This document shows positions 1 through 11,765 of a stretch of DNA of 64,000 nucleotides, piece by piece. The notes under the pieces were generated by a model. That model made no database searches, was not told where the DNA came from, and saw only the letters and a program-made list of their open reading frames with translations. This stretch comes from Chiloscyllium plagiosum. Lineage: Eukaryota. How positions within the stretch are numbered: position 1 is the stretch's first letter; each line of letters begins with the position of its first letter. The position numbers and the translations under genes are program-made. The stretch covers positions 49,733,476 through 49,797,475 of the forward strand of contig NC_057728.1 of NCBI RefSeq assembly GCF_004010195.1, in the 5' to 3' direction.

Positions 1-217
1 CCCCCACCCCACTCCGGCCTATCTCCCTCACCTTGACCTCCCTCCACCTATCGCATTTCCAAAGCCCCTCCCCTAAGTCCCTCCTCCCTACCTTTTATCT
101 TAGCCTGCTGGACACACTTTCCTCATTCCTGAAGAAGGGCTTATGCCCGAAACGTCGATTCTCCTGTTCCTTGGATGCTGCCTGACCTGCTGCGCTTTTC
201 CAGCAACACATTTTCAG
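1..217 (+). mobile_element. Penelope-like element 3' end/pLTR with hammerhead core (family A)
   Basis: C-rich tract then CTGAAGA-A-GGGC-TTAT-GCCC-GAAA-CGTC and the GCTGCCTGACCTGCTGCGCTTTTCCAGCA tail shared with the GIY-YIG-bearing copy at 56285-56830. Confidence 0.75.
129..156 (+). ncRNA. Minimal type I hammerhead ribozyme core
   Basis: CUGAAGA / extra A / stem II GGGC-UUAU-GCCC / GAAA / CG / UC; predicted cleavage after GUC at 156; stem I pairing is weak. Confidence 0.65.
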
Positions 218-398
218 TTCTAATCCACCTAACCTGCACAACTTTGGACCTTGAGAGGAAACCGGAGCACCCGGGAGAAACCCACATAGACACAGGGAAA
301 ACATGCAACTTCCTCACAGACGATTGCCTGAGGCTGGATCGAACCCAGGTCCCTGCTCCTGTGAGGCAGCACTGCTAGCCACTGAGCAGCCATGCTGC
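218..398 (-). mobile_element. tRNA-derived V-SINE (HE1-like)
   Basis: Reverse complement of the GGTGGCTCAGTGG...GGGTTCGATCC head plus V-domain GTGGGTTTCTCCCGGGTGCTCCGGTTTCC. Confidence 0.8.
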
Positions 399-2171
399 CC
401 ATATACAATCCTAACTTGTTCAGCTATCTGATAATCAATCACATAGTTGTTGGCAGAGAAAAGGCCTTTGTCATTGATACTTGGTCACTAGTTGACAGAC
501 CAATTAGCTACAGCTGAATCTCCATTTGTACACAGCCTTTGGTTCCAATTTGTCTGCAAACTGTCTAGTAATGTTCGAACCAGCAGCTGTGTAAACAGTA
601 CTTGCAAAGAGCAGCATGTTGCTTGCTTTCAAAACTCCAGTAATCCATTGAACATTCTTTGGTTTTTAAAAGTGATCCTATCCCATTTCAATCCACAATT
701 AAAACCACAGAAAAATAAAAAGACACAGTCTTTACAAACAACATGAACCAGAATGCTATTGATGTGCGAATGTGTCCAGTTCCAGTCTGAAATTTTAAAC
801 AAGCTAATGGGAATTTTTCAGAGTTTATTTTTCATTTGGATGTTGCACAATTGGGTGCGAAAATTGCCTCTGGGATCAACAGTAAGTTAGAAGTTAATGT
901 GAACACAACGGAATTTCGGGATGTTCTATATCCCTGGGCAGAGGAGAACAATAAGAAATGTGGAAGCAAGAACCGAGTCTAGTAGGTGGGCAAGACACTG
1001 GCTTTCAATCTCTAGAGCCTTGTACGCAACCCAGATTTGAGAGTTGGGGAATCTTTTCGAAGCAGTTTGTAGATTCACAAAGGTTTATCATGAATCGTTC
1101 TGATAGAGTTAAGTGAGACAGAGTTAGTATTCTGTCTCAGGTGAATGAGGGGAATAATTTATTTTGGTTCTCTGGTTCCCAGAGCTCCATCACTGTGTAT
1201 CTCCCTCATCTCTTACCTGAATTTGTTGTAGATGCATTGCTGAGATAAATTACAATTCGTGATAACCTTTTTGGGGCTTAGAAACTCTTAAAACAAAATG
1301 CCAGAGTGGATATAGATAGACTGCTGAGTCTAAGAATAAAGTTAAGACATTTAAAAGTGAGATGAGATATTTCTTCACAAATGGTGGTAAATCTGGAGTT
1401 TTCCACCCCAGAGGGAGGTGGAAACTCAATCATAGAGAATATTCAAGGCAGATCATTAGATTCCTAGAGACTATTGACATCAAGGGATATGGCATAGTGG
1501 TAGATGATCAACCATGAGATAAAATTGATTGTTGGAACAGACTAAATAGGCTGAATGACCTACCTCTATTCCCTTGCTTTTATGGTCCCATCCTAGATGG
1601 GGGAAAAGCAGTGACGTAGTGATGATATCATTGGATTAGTCCCCCAGAACCTTAGGTTAATGTCTTGGGGGGGCGGGGGCAGCGGTTGGAGGCTGGAGGG
1701 TAGTGAGAGTTCATAAAGCCATCCATGTACATGATACAATTTGAATTTAATAAAAATCTGAAACTAAAATGCCAGCCTAATGGTGACTGCATACCGTTGT
1801 TGTTTTAAACCAAAAGATGGTTTTCAAATGTTTGTTGGACTGTCCTTACCTGACCTGTGACTCCAGACTAGCACCAATGTCATTGACTCTAAGGTGTCCT
1901 CTGGGCAATTAGTGATGTACAATAAATGGTGGCCGAGCCAAGAAGGAATTTTTTTTAAAAGTGACTCCCTTGATACATTTGTATTTCCCCCAAATAGCAA
2001 AGTAACCACTCCCTTGTCCGTTTGATACTGATGCATTTGCCTCCTTGATGCCAGTCACCTCACTTCTTTGCTACCAAAGTCATCCTGCACAGCAGGGACC
2101 TTTCCCCTGGATTTCTGCCAGAGTGACAGACATTATTCAGCGTATTATGCCAGTGGGCCTAATTGGTTGTG

Positions 2172-2295
2172 ATCTGATGAAGTCATCTCGAGTCAAAATG
2201 TTAGTTTGCTCTCTCTCCGTGTATGCTGGCTGACCTGCTGTGATTTCCAGCATTGGTTGTTTTCAGTACAGGCTCCAGCATCTGCAGTAATTTAC
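2172..2295 (+). mobile_element. Degenerate Penelope-derived hammerhead element (family D)
   Basis: CTGATGA-AGTC...-AAAATGTTAG followed by the GCTGACCTGCTG...CCAGCATCTGCAG tail. Confidence 0.55.
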
Positions 2296-2382
2296 TCCTA
2301 ATTGGCTATGTATCTGATTTATTCAGGAAGTTCACAAATGATACAGTAGATTATTCTTTGTTTTTGAAATTCAGTTTTTCAG

Positions 2383-3065
2383 TTTATTGGGAAAGTCAGA
2401 AAATTTTGAACAATGACAATTTTGAACAATTCATTAATTTTGAAGCATGTGAAATATCAGTTCAGAGGAGTAATAAATCTAAGAAACAAATATTGGAACA
2501 ATACATTGAAGGGATTAGTATAATAGCTGCACAAACAGACAATGTTTCAATTGAAAGTCATCTTTGTATTCCTCAGGCAATCACCCAGAGTCAATATTGT
2601 TCTTTGAAAATAACTATAGTTTTACAAACTAAATTCCATTGCCATTCTCAAACTGTGTGGACTGGATTTAAATAATCTTTGCAATTCCTCAAACTACAAG
2701 AATTATTCATTTCTTGAATGTACAAATGGGTACATTGATTTTATTAGTATAATAAATCTCTTGTATTGCTGAACAGGGTACCACTGGAAGCAGCAGTACA
2801 GGGAGAAATGGAGCTGTACAGTTAGCCAGTGACAGCAGCTGCTTGTACAGAGCCATGGGGAATTGTTTAAATAGGGAATTCTCATTATATAACACTTCTC
2901 AGTGTTCAATGTTGCCATGATTTTTGGTGCTAATGTAAGAAGTGCAACAGCTTGTGGACAGAAGCTGTGAATATACAGAATTTGGAAATGTGTAATATTT
3001 TTATTATGTTAGAGATTTGGAGTGATTCACGACAGTTGACTAGACATCAAGATTTGGTTTTTATT
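2383..3065 (-). promoter_or_regulatory. Candidate polyadenylation signals (AATAAA) for the TSH-beta-like gene
   Basis: TTTATT on + at 2383-2388, 2740-2745, about 3000 and about 3060; the site used cannot be determined from sequence. Confidence 0.35.
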
Positions 3066-3319
3066 TGGTGCTGGGGAATTCTTGAACACAGGATATGACC
3101 TTCAAAATAGATGTCAGGAAGCACTTGTTCGCACTAAGGGAAGTGGAAATCTGGAACTCTCCTCTTAAACCTACTGTGTGGGTTCGATGAAAAGTTTCAA
3201 AACTGTGATTGATAGATTTTCTTTTTGGCTATTATGTACTATGGAATTGATGTAGGTAGATGGAATTAAGATACAGGGTGGCAGATGTTATAAAATGGAG
3301 GAGCCACCTACTGCTCTTA
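3030..3319 (+). mobile_element. Old CR1 3' fragment, antisense within the TSH-beta-like 3' UTR
   Basis: GTCAGGAAGCACTT...GTGGAAATCTGGAACTCTC...GATAGATTT...AATGGAGGAGC...CCTACTGCTCTTAT resembles CR1 tails at about 44060-44310 and 59600-59790. Confidence 0.6.
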
Positions 3320-3595
3320 TACATTGCCTGAGAGGGGGAGGATGCGAGAATGTGAGATGGGGATGCTCCATTGTGGCTTGGTGCAATCGAGGGAAGCATC
3401 AGCTCCATTGATGCAGTCTGTGGTATCGGTTGTGCACTGGCTACACACACAGCTGAGAATAACTGGGAACCTGTAGAAGGGGTCAACGTTTGGGGGGCAT
3501 CCAGGAAGTTTAATGGAAATGTACTTGACATGTCGATAGGTGCAGACACTCTGGACCAGTGCAATCTTCGGTAGTAGTGACTTTGTGTTGACATC
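3317..3595 (-). CDS. tshb2: Thyrotropin beta-like subunit, last coding exon
   Basis: TTTTTACAG|GAT acceptor; DVNTKSLLPKIALVQSVCTYRHVKYISIKLPGCPPNVDPFYRFPVILSCVCSQCTTDTTDCINGADASLDCTKPQ...GNV*; Cys6-12; the LPK.AL.Q.VCTY and CTKPQ motifs are TSH-beta type. The tshb2 versus tshb call is inferred from synteny. Confidence 0.92.
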   Translation of the reverse strand, partial: DVNTKSLLPKIALVQSVCTYRHVKYISIKLPGCPPNVDPFYRFPVILSCVCSQCTTDTTDCINGADASLDCTKPQWSIPISHSRILPLSGNV

Positions 3596-3863
3596 CTGTA
3601 AAAAGACGTTGTTCATTATCAATGGCAATGCATCGGACCATAAATAGACCTTAACATTGCTAAAAAAAATGCTTTGAAATTAGTTGCCAGCTCCACTCTT
3701 TAGATCACAATTGGCAACACTGTCAGTTTGGATGTGTATCAGCCTTGGGCTCAGTGGGTTGCATTCTCACCTTGAGATCAGAAAGTGATGGGTTTGTGTT
3801 CTGCTGCACACATTCTCGCTGAGCGAAAACTGAAATGTTTCTGTACTTAAGAAAATAGCTATT

Positions 3864-4167
3864 TAGATTTTTTAGATTACATTACAGTGTGGAAACAGGC
3901 CCTTCGGCCCAACAAGTCCACACCGACCTGCTGAAGCGTAACCCACCCATACCCCACATTTACCCCTTACCTAACACTATGGATAATTTAGAATGGCCAA
4001 TTCACCTGACCTGCACATCTTTGGACTGTGGGAGGAAACTGGAGTACCCGGAGGAAACCCACGCAGACACGGGGAGAACGTGCAAACTCCACACAGTCAA
4101 TCGCCTGAGGCGGGAATTGAACCTCGGTCTCTGGAGCTGTTAGGCAGCTGTGCTAACCACTGTGCCG
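3864..4167 (-). mobile_element. Full-length HE1-like V-SINE in TSH-beta intron 2
   Basis: tRNA-like head, V-domain and a 3' tail shared with CR1 (ACAGGCCCTTCGGCCC on +), ending in TTAGA-type repeats. Confidence 0.85.
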
Positions 4168-4256
4168 TTCACAAACTGTGTGTGGTGCAAACTGATAGTT
4201 TTTAACCAATTTCAGAAAAGAAACACGAATTGCAAAAGTTTCTAAGGTTTAAACTC

Positions 4257-4380
4257 GGCGGGGTGGCACGGTGCCTCAGTGCTTAGCTTTGCTGCTTCAC
4301 AGAACCAGGGACCCGGGTTCAATTCCAGCCTCTGTGGATTTGATGGGCCAAATGGCCTGCTTGCACACCATAGAGATTCA
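4257..4380 (+). mobile_element. Internally deleted HE1-like SINE
   Basis: tRNA head GGCACGGTGCCTCAGTGCTTAGC...GGGTTCAATTCC fused directly to the tail GATGGGCCAAATGGCCTGC. Confidence 0.7.
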
Positions 4381-6624
4381 ATGCACCCATTTACAAACAT
4401 CCCACGCATGTAAAATGAGACAAACGTTATGGGTGGGAAGTCAGTGAAGTACGGTTCTGGTAGCAGTCTGGGTTACAGGCAGCTGTTGCAATGTTTTCCT
4501 TCAGTTTCATTCTGGTTCCTTTCTCCTCCTCAAGGAGGACACGTGGACACATTCATTCACCAATTTAGGATTCACCCTTTCAGAATCACTGAATGCGGTC
4601 TTTCCCTTCTCCGTTTCAAGAAGGGAATTGGCAGAGATGGAAAGAAGCTGGCTACTTGGAATTGTTTCATATGGGAGAACGCGAGAGAGAGATTTTCTCC
4701 TTCATAGGCTGGATGCTTCTGCTATATTAGCTTCTCACCCAAGAACCAATCAGGAAGCTGTTACTATGCTGAGTAGGCTTAAATCCAGCAACATTGCAGG
4801 TACATCATATAACGAGTACCAATATCCCATTCTTTTTAAAGAAGCACATCTTCCACAACAGCTTTTCCCCTTTTAAAGTCCCTAGTCCAGCAAAATAAAA
4901 ATGCTGTTTACACAAAAGATAACTGAAGATGGCAGATGCGATATAGAATTCAGGAGAAGGATAGAGATTGCCATATTTTGTAAATGTCAAGGATGTGTTG
5001 ACAATATGAAGCTCAAACTTAAAACAAACAAACCTCATAAGATGCTCGGTTCAATCACTCCTGTCTGCCTCAGAAACCTGGGCAATAAGAAAATATCTAG
5101 TTTTTGAAATATGAATACTAAGATGTATGTTAAAAAATTCCGTTCTCAGATCATAAGATGAACAAAAATGTTCTTGAAATTGCAAGAGTAAAATTAACTA
5201 AAACGTGACGCACAGGAAAGATAATGTCAGTACTTCAGTCATTTACCAGAGCTGCAAATCAACAGAGGTCACCCTGGAGGCAAAATGGAGGACAGCAGAA
5301 AGAAGCGTCATCCTAGGTGTGGGGTAGATGTTACAGGGCGGTTACAGGAGAGATACTGTGAGTCTGTGAGGATGCCGTGAGACAGACAAGACTGGCACAT
5401 CATGACAGCACATCTGGCAGGAGGATCTATAAGAAGCTGCAGCAGAAGAATGTTTACAAATCGAATTGATTAAATGCTTGGCCAAAGATGTCGGTTTTAA
5501 TGACCATGTTAGTGTTGAAGAGAGACTTGAAGAGTTTTAGAAAATGGTTAATCCTGACCACAATTTCATGATTAAACTATGACTACCGGACAAAAGGATA
5601 TTGGTACAAAGTGAGGAACAACAGTTTAGACCAAGGCTCCTCTGAAATCAGTGGCTGGGAGTTGGCTGCAGAGAGGTTGGTAATGAGAACAGGCTGGAAT
5701 CACTGAAGCAGAGTATCAGTTAGAGGACAAACTGTATGGAAAATTGGCTCAATGGTCCTTCTCATCTGGACTTGATACAATCGGAGAGAGATACATTGGA
5801 CAGACTATGTGCACCGTGTCTATCCACAGTACCTGGCGACATTCCCTCCACCTGCCTATTGTAAATGCCTTAGCACTTGCTCCTTTGTCAAGAGCTTCCC
5901 TTTTGCAATCTGCCATCGATTTTGTTTGTAATTCTGCACTTTGGGCAGAATCTCCTGCTCCCAGCAGTGATGGGCTTGGAGAAGGGAAGGGAATGTCATT
6001 CCGCAGCTTGGTGATGCCCCCGTTTCTTTGCCACCTTCTAGTCTCTGCCCGCATTCCACCTCTAATTGAAGCCCTTTACTGAGGGTCACTGAAGGCCCTG
6101 AGACCATCGGTGCTGGGAGTTACCCCTCTTCAGGAAGGACTGTGACCAAGCAACCTCCCTGATAACAACCAAGTGTCTGTCTATTTCAGCATTGGAAACG
6201 AGCGACACATCACTGATACACACTCTCTTGGAGGCCATTACGTCCTTTCTCACAGTCTGTGGGGCTATTCACAGTTTTGCACACATTAACTCTTCAAACC
6301 AGCATCGGGATCCCTTTCATCAAAGGCACTCAATGCTCAGTCGAGGGAATGGACACTGAGTTGGAGAATGTCCACTAGAGTCACCCTCTCCCTGTTACCC
6401 CCAACCCAGGAGGACTCACAACCCGACAGTGTTATCTCTGTGATCCTACACCGAAGGTGGGTGCCATTGCTATGGCAGCCATTGCCTCTCCTCCAGGATG
6501 CTGTTGTTGGCCAGGGATTTGGGCTAGACAGGGTCTAGGTATGTCCAGAGAGCAAGTAGGTGCAGAAAGTCACCTTCATCCTCGATGTAGAATGACATTA
6601 ACTCCCCTTATTGTTGCACCTTAC

Positions 6625-6786
6625 CCGGGAGATGCAGAAACCCGCGCAGCTGGTGGTATTGATGGCCAGACAGTGGCTGCATTCTTCCTTTTCCACATAC
6701 GACACGAATCTGGTCAGTGAGCATTGGGAGACAACCTGATGGCAACTCAAAGACAGGACGAGAGCCAGCAGCTGCAGGGTGTTCAT
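6625..6786 (-). CDS. tshb2: Thyrotropin beta-like subunit, first coding exon (signal peptide through CAGFC-ISR)
   Basis: MNTLQLLALVLSLSCHQVVSQCSLTRFVSYVEKEECSHCLAINTTSCAGFCISR; 162 nt, phase 0; long CT tract plus CAG|T ATG acceptor; CGG|GTAAGG donor; N-glycosylation sequon NTT; Cys1-5 of the glycoprotein hormone beta family. Confidence 0.93.
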
Positions 6787-7862
6787 ACTGCAACACAGAG
6801 AGAAAGAGAGAGACAGAGAGAGATCAGCACCGCCACAATGTTTACTGGGACAAAGACTGCGTTTCTGTCAATATTCAAACAACATTTTGTCTTGCACTCA
6901 TCAGGATAAATGCCAAAGTTTGCTCGGGGCACTCAAAGTTGCTTTCTCTGTGGCAACACTTGAGCCAATCAGAATGGAGTTGCCAACTAATCACCAGCTT
7001 TTATTGCCGGCAGTAGAAATTGTTGTGATTGAAATTTGGCATTCTTGTGTTTGTCCTGAGAAGTGTGAGGCTGAACGTTTATCAACATGCCTCCGTTTTT
7101 AGTGATATTCAATATCTGCGCTACCAAGGGGGCTGTTTGGAATTTCATTTTAAGTTCATTAGGTTCCTGCTGGGTTGCATGTAGATTACATCAGGTATCG
7201 TGGCAAAGCTTAAACATACATAACGTATGTTCATGTTGTACGTGTCAAACACAGCCCAGACCTGTAAAGATATTGCCATTGAGAGCTGCCAGCAATTCCC
7301 GTGTCTCAGAATCAATCAGTGCAGACACCATTGCACAAGGGGTAACATCAGCTGACACATTGAAAGTGGAAGACCATCTGCATTTTTCACTGTCCTTTGT
7401 GTAACAGCTACGTTGGCTGCACCATTGAAATTGTTGTGGACACTGCATTATCACTTGGGAAGTTTAGACACTGTGTTACTTCCACAAACACTTTATCTTT
7501 GGAAAAATAAAGCAAACATCAGATTTGAAGAGGAGGCACTCACCATTTGGATTAAACAATGTCAGTTCATCACACTGGAAGGTTGTTTAATGCATTAAGA
7601 ATGCATAATGATATGAATCCAAATTCATTTCACAAAACTTCCAAGGTTTGCTGATATTCAGAGGCATCAAACAAATTCCTCACAGAACGCCGCTTGGTTT
7701 TTATCTACACCCTAGCTTTGACTTCAAGCAATTAAGTACAGTACTGACCTCTGTCAGACTTACAGCAAGAAAGGGGAATTATACATTCACACAATTCTAG
7801 TAGCACACTTGCAAAATCTACAAGAGAAAGATTGCCAACAGTTAATAGTGATGTGACATTAC

Positions 7863-7905
7863 CTTGCAATCAAGTACTGCAATTGAAGGCAGCAGTCTTG
7901 CATCT
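7863..7905 (-). other. tshb2: Putative non-coding exon 1 of the TSH-beta-like gene (5' end approximate)
   Basis: Ends ...GATTGCAAG|GTAATG at 7863. The ATG at 6786 sits 1 nt after a strong acceptor, which requires an upstream non-coding exon. TSS inferred about 25-30 nt downstream of the TATA box. Confidence 0.55.
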
Positions 7906-7926
7906 GATTCACAGAACTTGCAAGTA

Positions 7927-7934
7927 TTTTTATA
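7927..7934 (-). promoter_or_regulatory. TATA box (TATAAAAA) of the TSH-beta-like gene
   Basis: Minus strand reads TATAAAAA about 70 nt upstream of an AAG|GTAATG donor; same layout as vertebrate TSHB (TATA, very short non-coding exon 1). Confidence 0.65.
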
Positions 7935-9504
7935 ATGGTTCGGGTCTAATCTCAAAGCTCCACACAGAAGCGATGTGACACGCTTCCCATCTGCTAAGTC
8001 AATCTATGGCTTTAAGCTAATTTAATTTAGCTGGAAGTACATAATTAATATCTCTAAAAGCAAGGACTCAGTGGAAAGGAAATTAGTTACTATCATCCCA
8101 AACAGACAATCATTTTAATAACTAAAAACAAGCTAACTTAATTGGTATTGATACAATTACTGCACGTGGCTTTGTGTTTACACACAGACTGATCCGACTG
8201 AGAGAACTGATCCCTGTGCGAAACGGTAATCAAGTAATAAAGGTGCATATAGAAACAGACAGGAACTGGGAACACAGAAACAGTTAAAGTTTCATTCTGA
8301 GGATCTTTGAGCTAAGAAAAGGTTGGACACATGGCCATCTCCAACAAGAAAATACCTATCCATGACCCACTGACATTCAGTGGCATGACCATAGCTATAT
8401 CCCCCACTATCAACATCCTCTGGGCTAATACTGAGACTCGGGAAACTGAACTGTACCAGCCACATAAACGCTGTGCCTGCAACAATAAGTCAGAATTTGG
8501 GGAAAAAGAACAGAACTTCTGTTAATAAAATACTTTCCACAGTCTCGGGATCTTGCAATAAAATATTTCCCACTTGCCTGGGTAGGGGCAGCTCCGACAA
8601 CACTCAAGAAACATGTCAGCATCCAAGACATAGCCGCCTGCTTGATTGAGGCTCTATCCACCACTTTCAATGTTTAAACCATTCATTACAGAAAAATCAT
8701 GGCAGCGAGAGGTACCATATATGAGATACATTTTTGTAACTCTCCAAGCACATACAGTTACAATGTTTAAAGGTCATTTGGAAGAAGTACATGAGTAGGA
8801 GAGGTTTTGGAGGCAAGTGGAACTAGTTTAGTTTGGGAACCTGGTCAGTGTGGTCCAGGTTGGATGGAAATGTCTGTTTCCATGCTGTACCACTCTAAGT
8901 CTCCTCAGACAGCACCTTCCAAATCCACAATCTAGAGGGACAAGAGTGTCAGATGTACAGGAACACCACCAGCTGCAAGTTCCCCTCCAAGCCGACTCAG
9001 AAATATATCAGCCATTCTTTTAGTGCCACTGGATCAAAATCTTGGACTTCCCTCCAAAACAGCTTCCCTACAGTAGCTGTCTCTGAACCCCACAGGCTGC
9101 AGTGTTTCAAGAAGACAGCTCATCATCACCGTGTCCCAAGCTATTAACAATGGAGAATAAACACTGGCTTGAACATGAACCCATAACGTTCTTGAGCTGT
9201 GCTATGTGGATGCAAGTTGTTGTAGTTGTCTACAAAGTTTGGAGTTGGATGTATAATTTAGTTGTCTATGTGCTCTGTCCAAAGTCTGGTTTTTGTCTCA
9301 TTGTTTGCTGGTGCTATATCCTGAGCCATTTTCCCAGTAGGCATTATCTGTGGTGGTTTGTCGCTACCTTTGACCCTCAGGGGCAAGAGACAAGGAGGTA
9401 ATTCCCAGGTCTAACTGAGCCAGAATGGGGACTGAATCATGCTGTCACCATCATTCTGAACTATACCTTAACTGTCTATCCAACTGAGCTAACCAGGCCA
9501 CAAA

Positions 9505-9590
9505 AACCAAGTTGCTGGAAAAGCGCAGCATGTCAGGCAGCATCCAAGGAGAAGGAGAATCGACGTTTTGGGCATGAATCCTTCTTCAAA
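9505..9590 (-). mobile_element. Family A hammerhead element, single-arm fragment
   Basis: GCTGGAAAAGCGCAGC...GAATCGACGTTTTGGGCATGAATCCTTCTTCA. Confidence 0.65.
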
Positions 9591-10804
9591 AACCAAGTAC
9601 AAAGAAATGATTGCTACAGATGGTGGGTTCAGCTGTCCCATTGCTATTTGTGGCATTTTGCAATGTATGATATCACAGAATGGTGGCAGTGTGACAGTGC
9701 AGAAGGAGGCCATTCAGCACATCATAACTACACTAGCCCTTCAAATAAGCACCATTTATCTAGCCAATCTCCCACCTTTCCCCCACATCTTTACACATTA
9801 GTTCTATCCAATATCCTCTTGAATGCTCTGGTTGGACGTGCTTCCGCTACACTATCAGACCCTAACTGCTTGCTGAGTGATTCGAATTCTGCTGTGGCAG
9901 ATGGCGGAATTTGAATTCAATAAAAATGTAGTATTAAAAGTCTAAGAATGGCTGTGATGCCACTGCAGATTATTGGGTAAAAACCCACCTGGTTCACTAA
10001 TGTCCTTTAGGGAAGGAAACTGCCATCCTTGCCCAATCTGGCCTACATGTGACTCCAGACCGATAGCAATGTCATTGACTCTTAACTGTCCTCTGGGCAA
10101 TAAATGCTGACCTAGCCCTGTGAAGAACAATAAGAAATCACATTTGCTTCTTTGCCAGCCATTTTAAATCTATACTCACTGGTCCTTATTCCTATCCATG
10201 GCATCCAACTCACTGAAGGTTTTGGACATCTCTATCAGATCTCCTCTTAGACCTCTTCTATCCAAAGACAACAGCTCCAACTTCTTCAATCTATCCACAA
10301 GACTGATGTTTCTCATCCCTGGAAACATATTGCAAATCATTTCTGCAACTCTCTCTCCAATGCAGTCACATCTTTCTTATAGTGTGGTGCCCAGAGCTGT
10401 ACAGAACTCTCCAAGTGAACTCTGACAGGAGTCTCATTCCCTAACAAACAAAATTCACAGTTTTACCAACTCATCGTGTCTTGTATAAATCTCTGCGGAT
10501 TTCTCGATCAAGACTGGATATGGAGCTGAGGAAAGTCATGGAGACTGAGATGGAAGCCGGGGGGATTTGGAAATGTAGATGAAATTTTGAATTCAATGCA
10601 CTGGGGATCAGAAACGTATTCCTGAGGGGAACTTAGTGCGTCACTGAAACAGTTAACCTTGAACGGAGCCCAGAAGTGACGGAGCTGCTTAGTAAACACT
10701 GTCCCCTTGTGTCCTTCACCTATCTTGCTGTTTCCCAGAATTGTCTCAATACCTCACTCAGAAAATCACTAGATATTTAACTGTTAGTCGCTAAATGACT
10801 GCTA

Positions 10805-11765
10805 CAGAATCAAAGAAATGTTGCAGCAGAGAAGGAGGCCATTCTACCCATCAAGACAGTACTGCTTCTTCAAATGGGTATCATTACCTGGTGTCAATCT
10901 TCTGTTTATTCCCAGACCTTTCTACTCTATTTCATTTAAATAACCATCCAATGGTCTCTCAAATGCATCATTTGAACCTGTCTCCACCACATTTCCGAAC
11001 AGTGTATTCCATACTCTAACAACCTAACCTGAGATTTAGTTTTTATACTCACAGCACTCTTGCTTTGTCTGCATGTCACTTTTGATCTATGCCCCTTTTG
11101 TTCTTGTCCCTTTACAAGTGGGAACTGCCTCTTCCCCTCTGCTGTAACCAGCCCACTCAAGATTTTGAAAACATTTCTCAAATCTCCTCACAGCTGCCTT
11201 CTCTCCCAGGAAAACAGTCCCAATGTCTTCAATCTGTGCTCCTAACTGAAGTTTCTCATTCCTGGAACTGTTTTTGCACTCTGTCCAATGCAGTCACATC
11301 TTTCTGATAACGTGGCACCCACGACTGTGTACAATTGTTCAGGTGAGATCTAACAAGTATCTTGCACAAGTTCAACATCACCTCCTTCTGTTTGTAAACT
11401 ACTTTCCTGTTACTAAAGCTGAGAACACTGCTTTATTTCTTCTCTCTCCACCTGACCTGCCACCTTCAATGATCTGTACATGTCTGGACCCAGGTTCCTC
11501 TGCTCCTGCACTTACTTTCAAATTGAACCATCCATTTTATATTGGTCTTACAATGTTCTTCTGATCAAAATGCATCACCACACAATTCCCTGTCTTGAAC
11601 TACTTCATCTGCCACCTATCCGTCCACTCCGCCCACCTGTCTGTGTTCTTCTCAAGTTCCACACTCTCCTGCTCATACCTGACAAGTTTTCTCAGCTTTA
11701 TGTAATTTTGCAATTTTTGTCACTTTCCCCTTCACACCAAGATCCAGGTCATCTATATTCATCAG
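10805..11765 (-). mobile_element. Degraded CR1 LINE fragment
   Basis: Reverse-strand CR1 RT C-terminus and 3' UTR similarity (e.g. RNVFKILSGL...FPL...GH in ORF 10936-11181), with many disablements. Confidence 0.6.

Noticed and set aside
4257..4330. tRNA gene (likewise about 25060 and 62480)
   Set aside because: A and B boxes are present but continue into SINE bodies; no complete cloverleaf.
5270..6250. Overlapping ORFs of about 100 aa in TSH-beta intron 2; possible nested gene or old transposon
   Set aside because: No recognisable domain, splice structure or terminal repeats.
3317..6786. Assignment as LHB, FSHB or GPB5
   Set aside because: Single NTT sequon, LPK.AL.Q.VCTY insert, 162-nt first coding exon with ATG 1 nt after the acceptor and CTKPQ are TSH-beta features; GPB5 has 10 cysteines.
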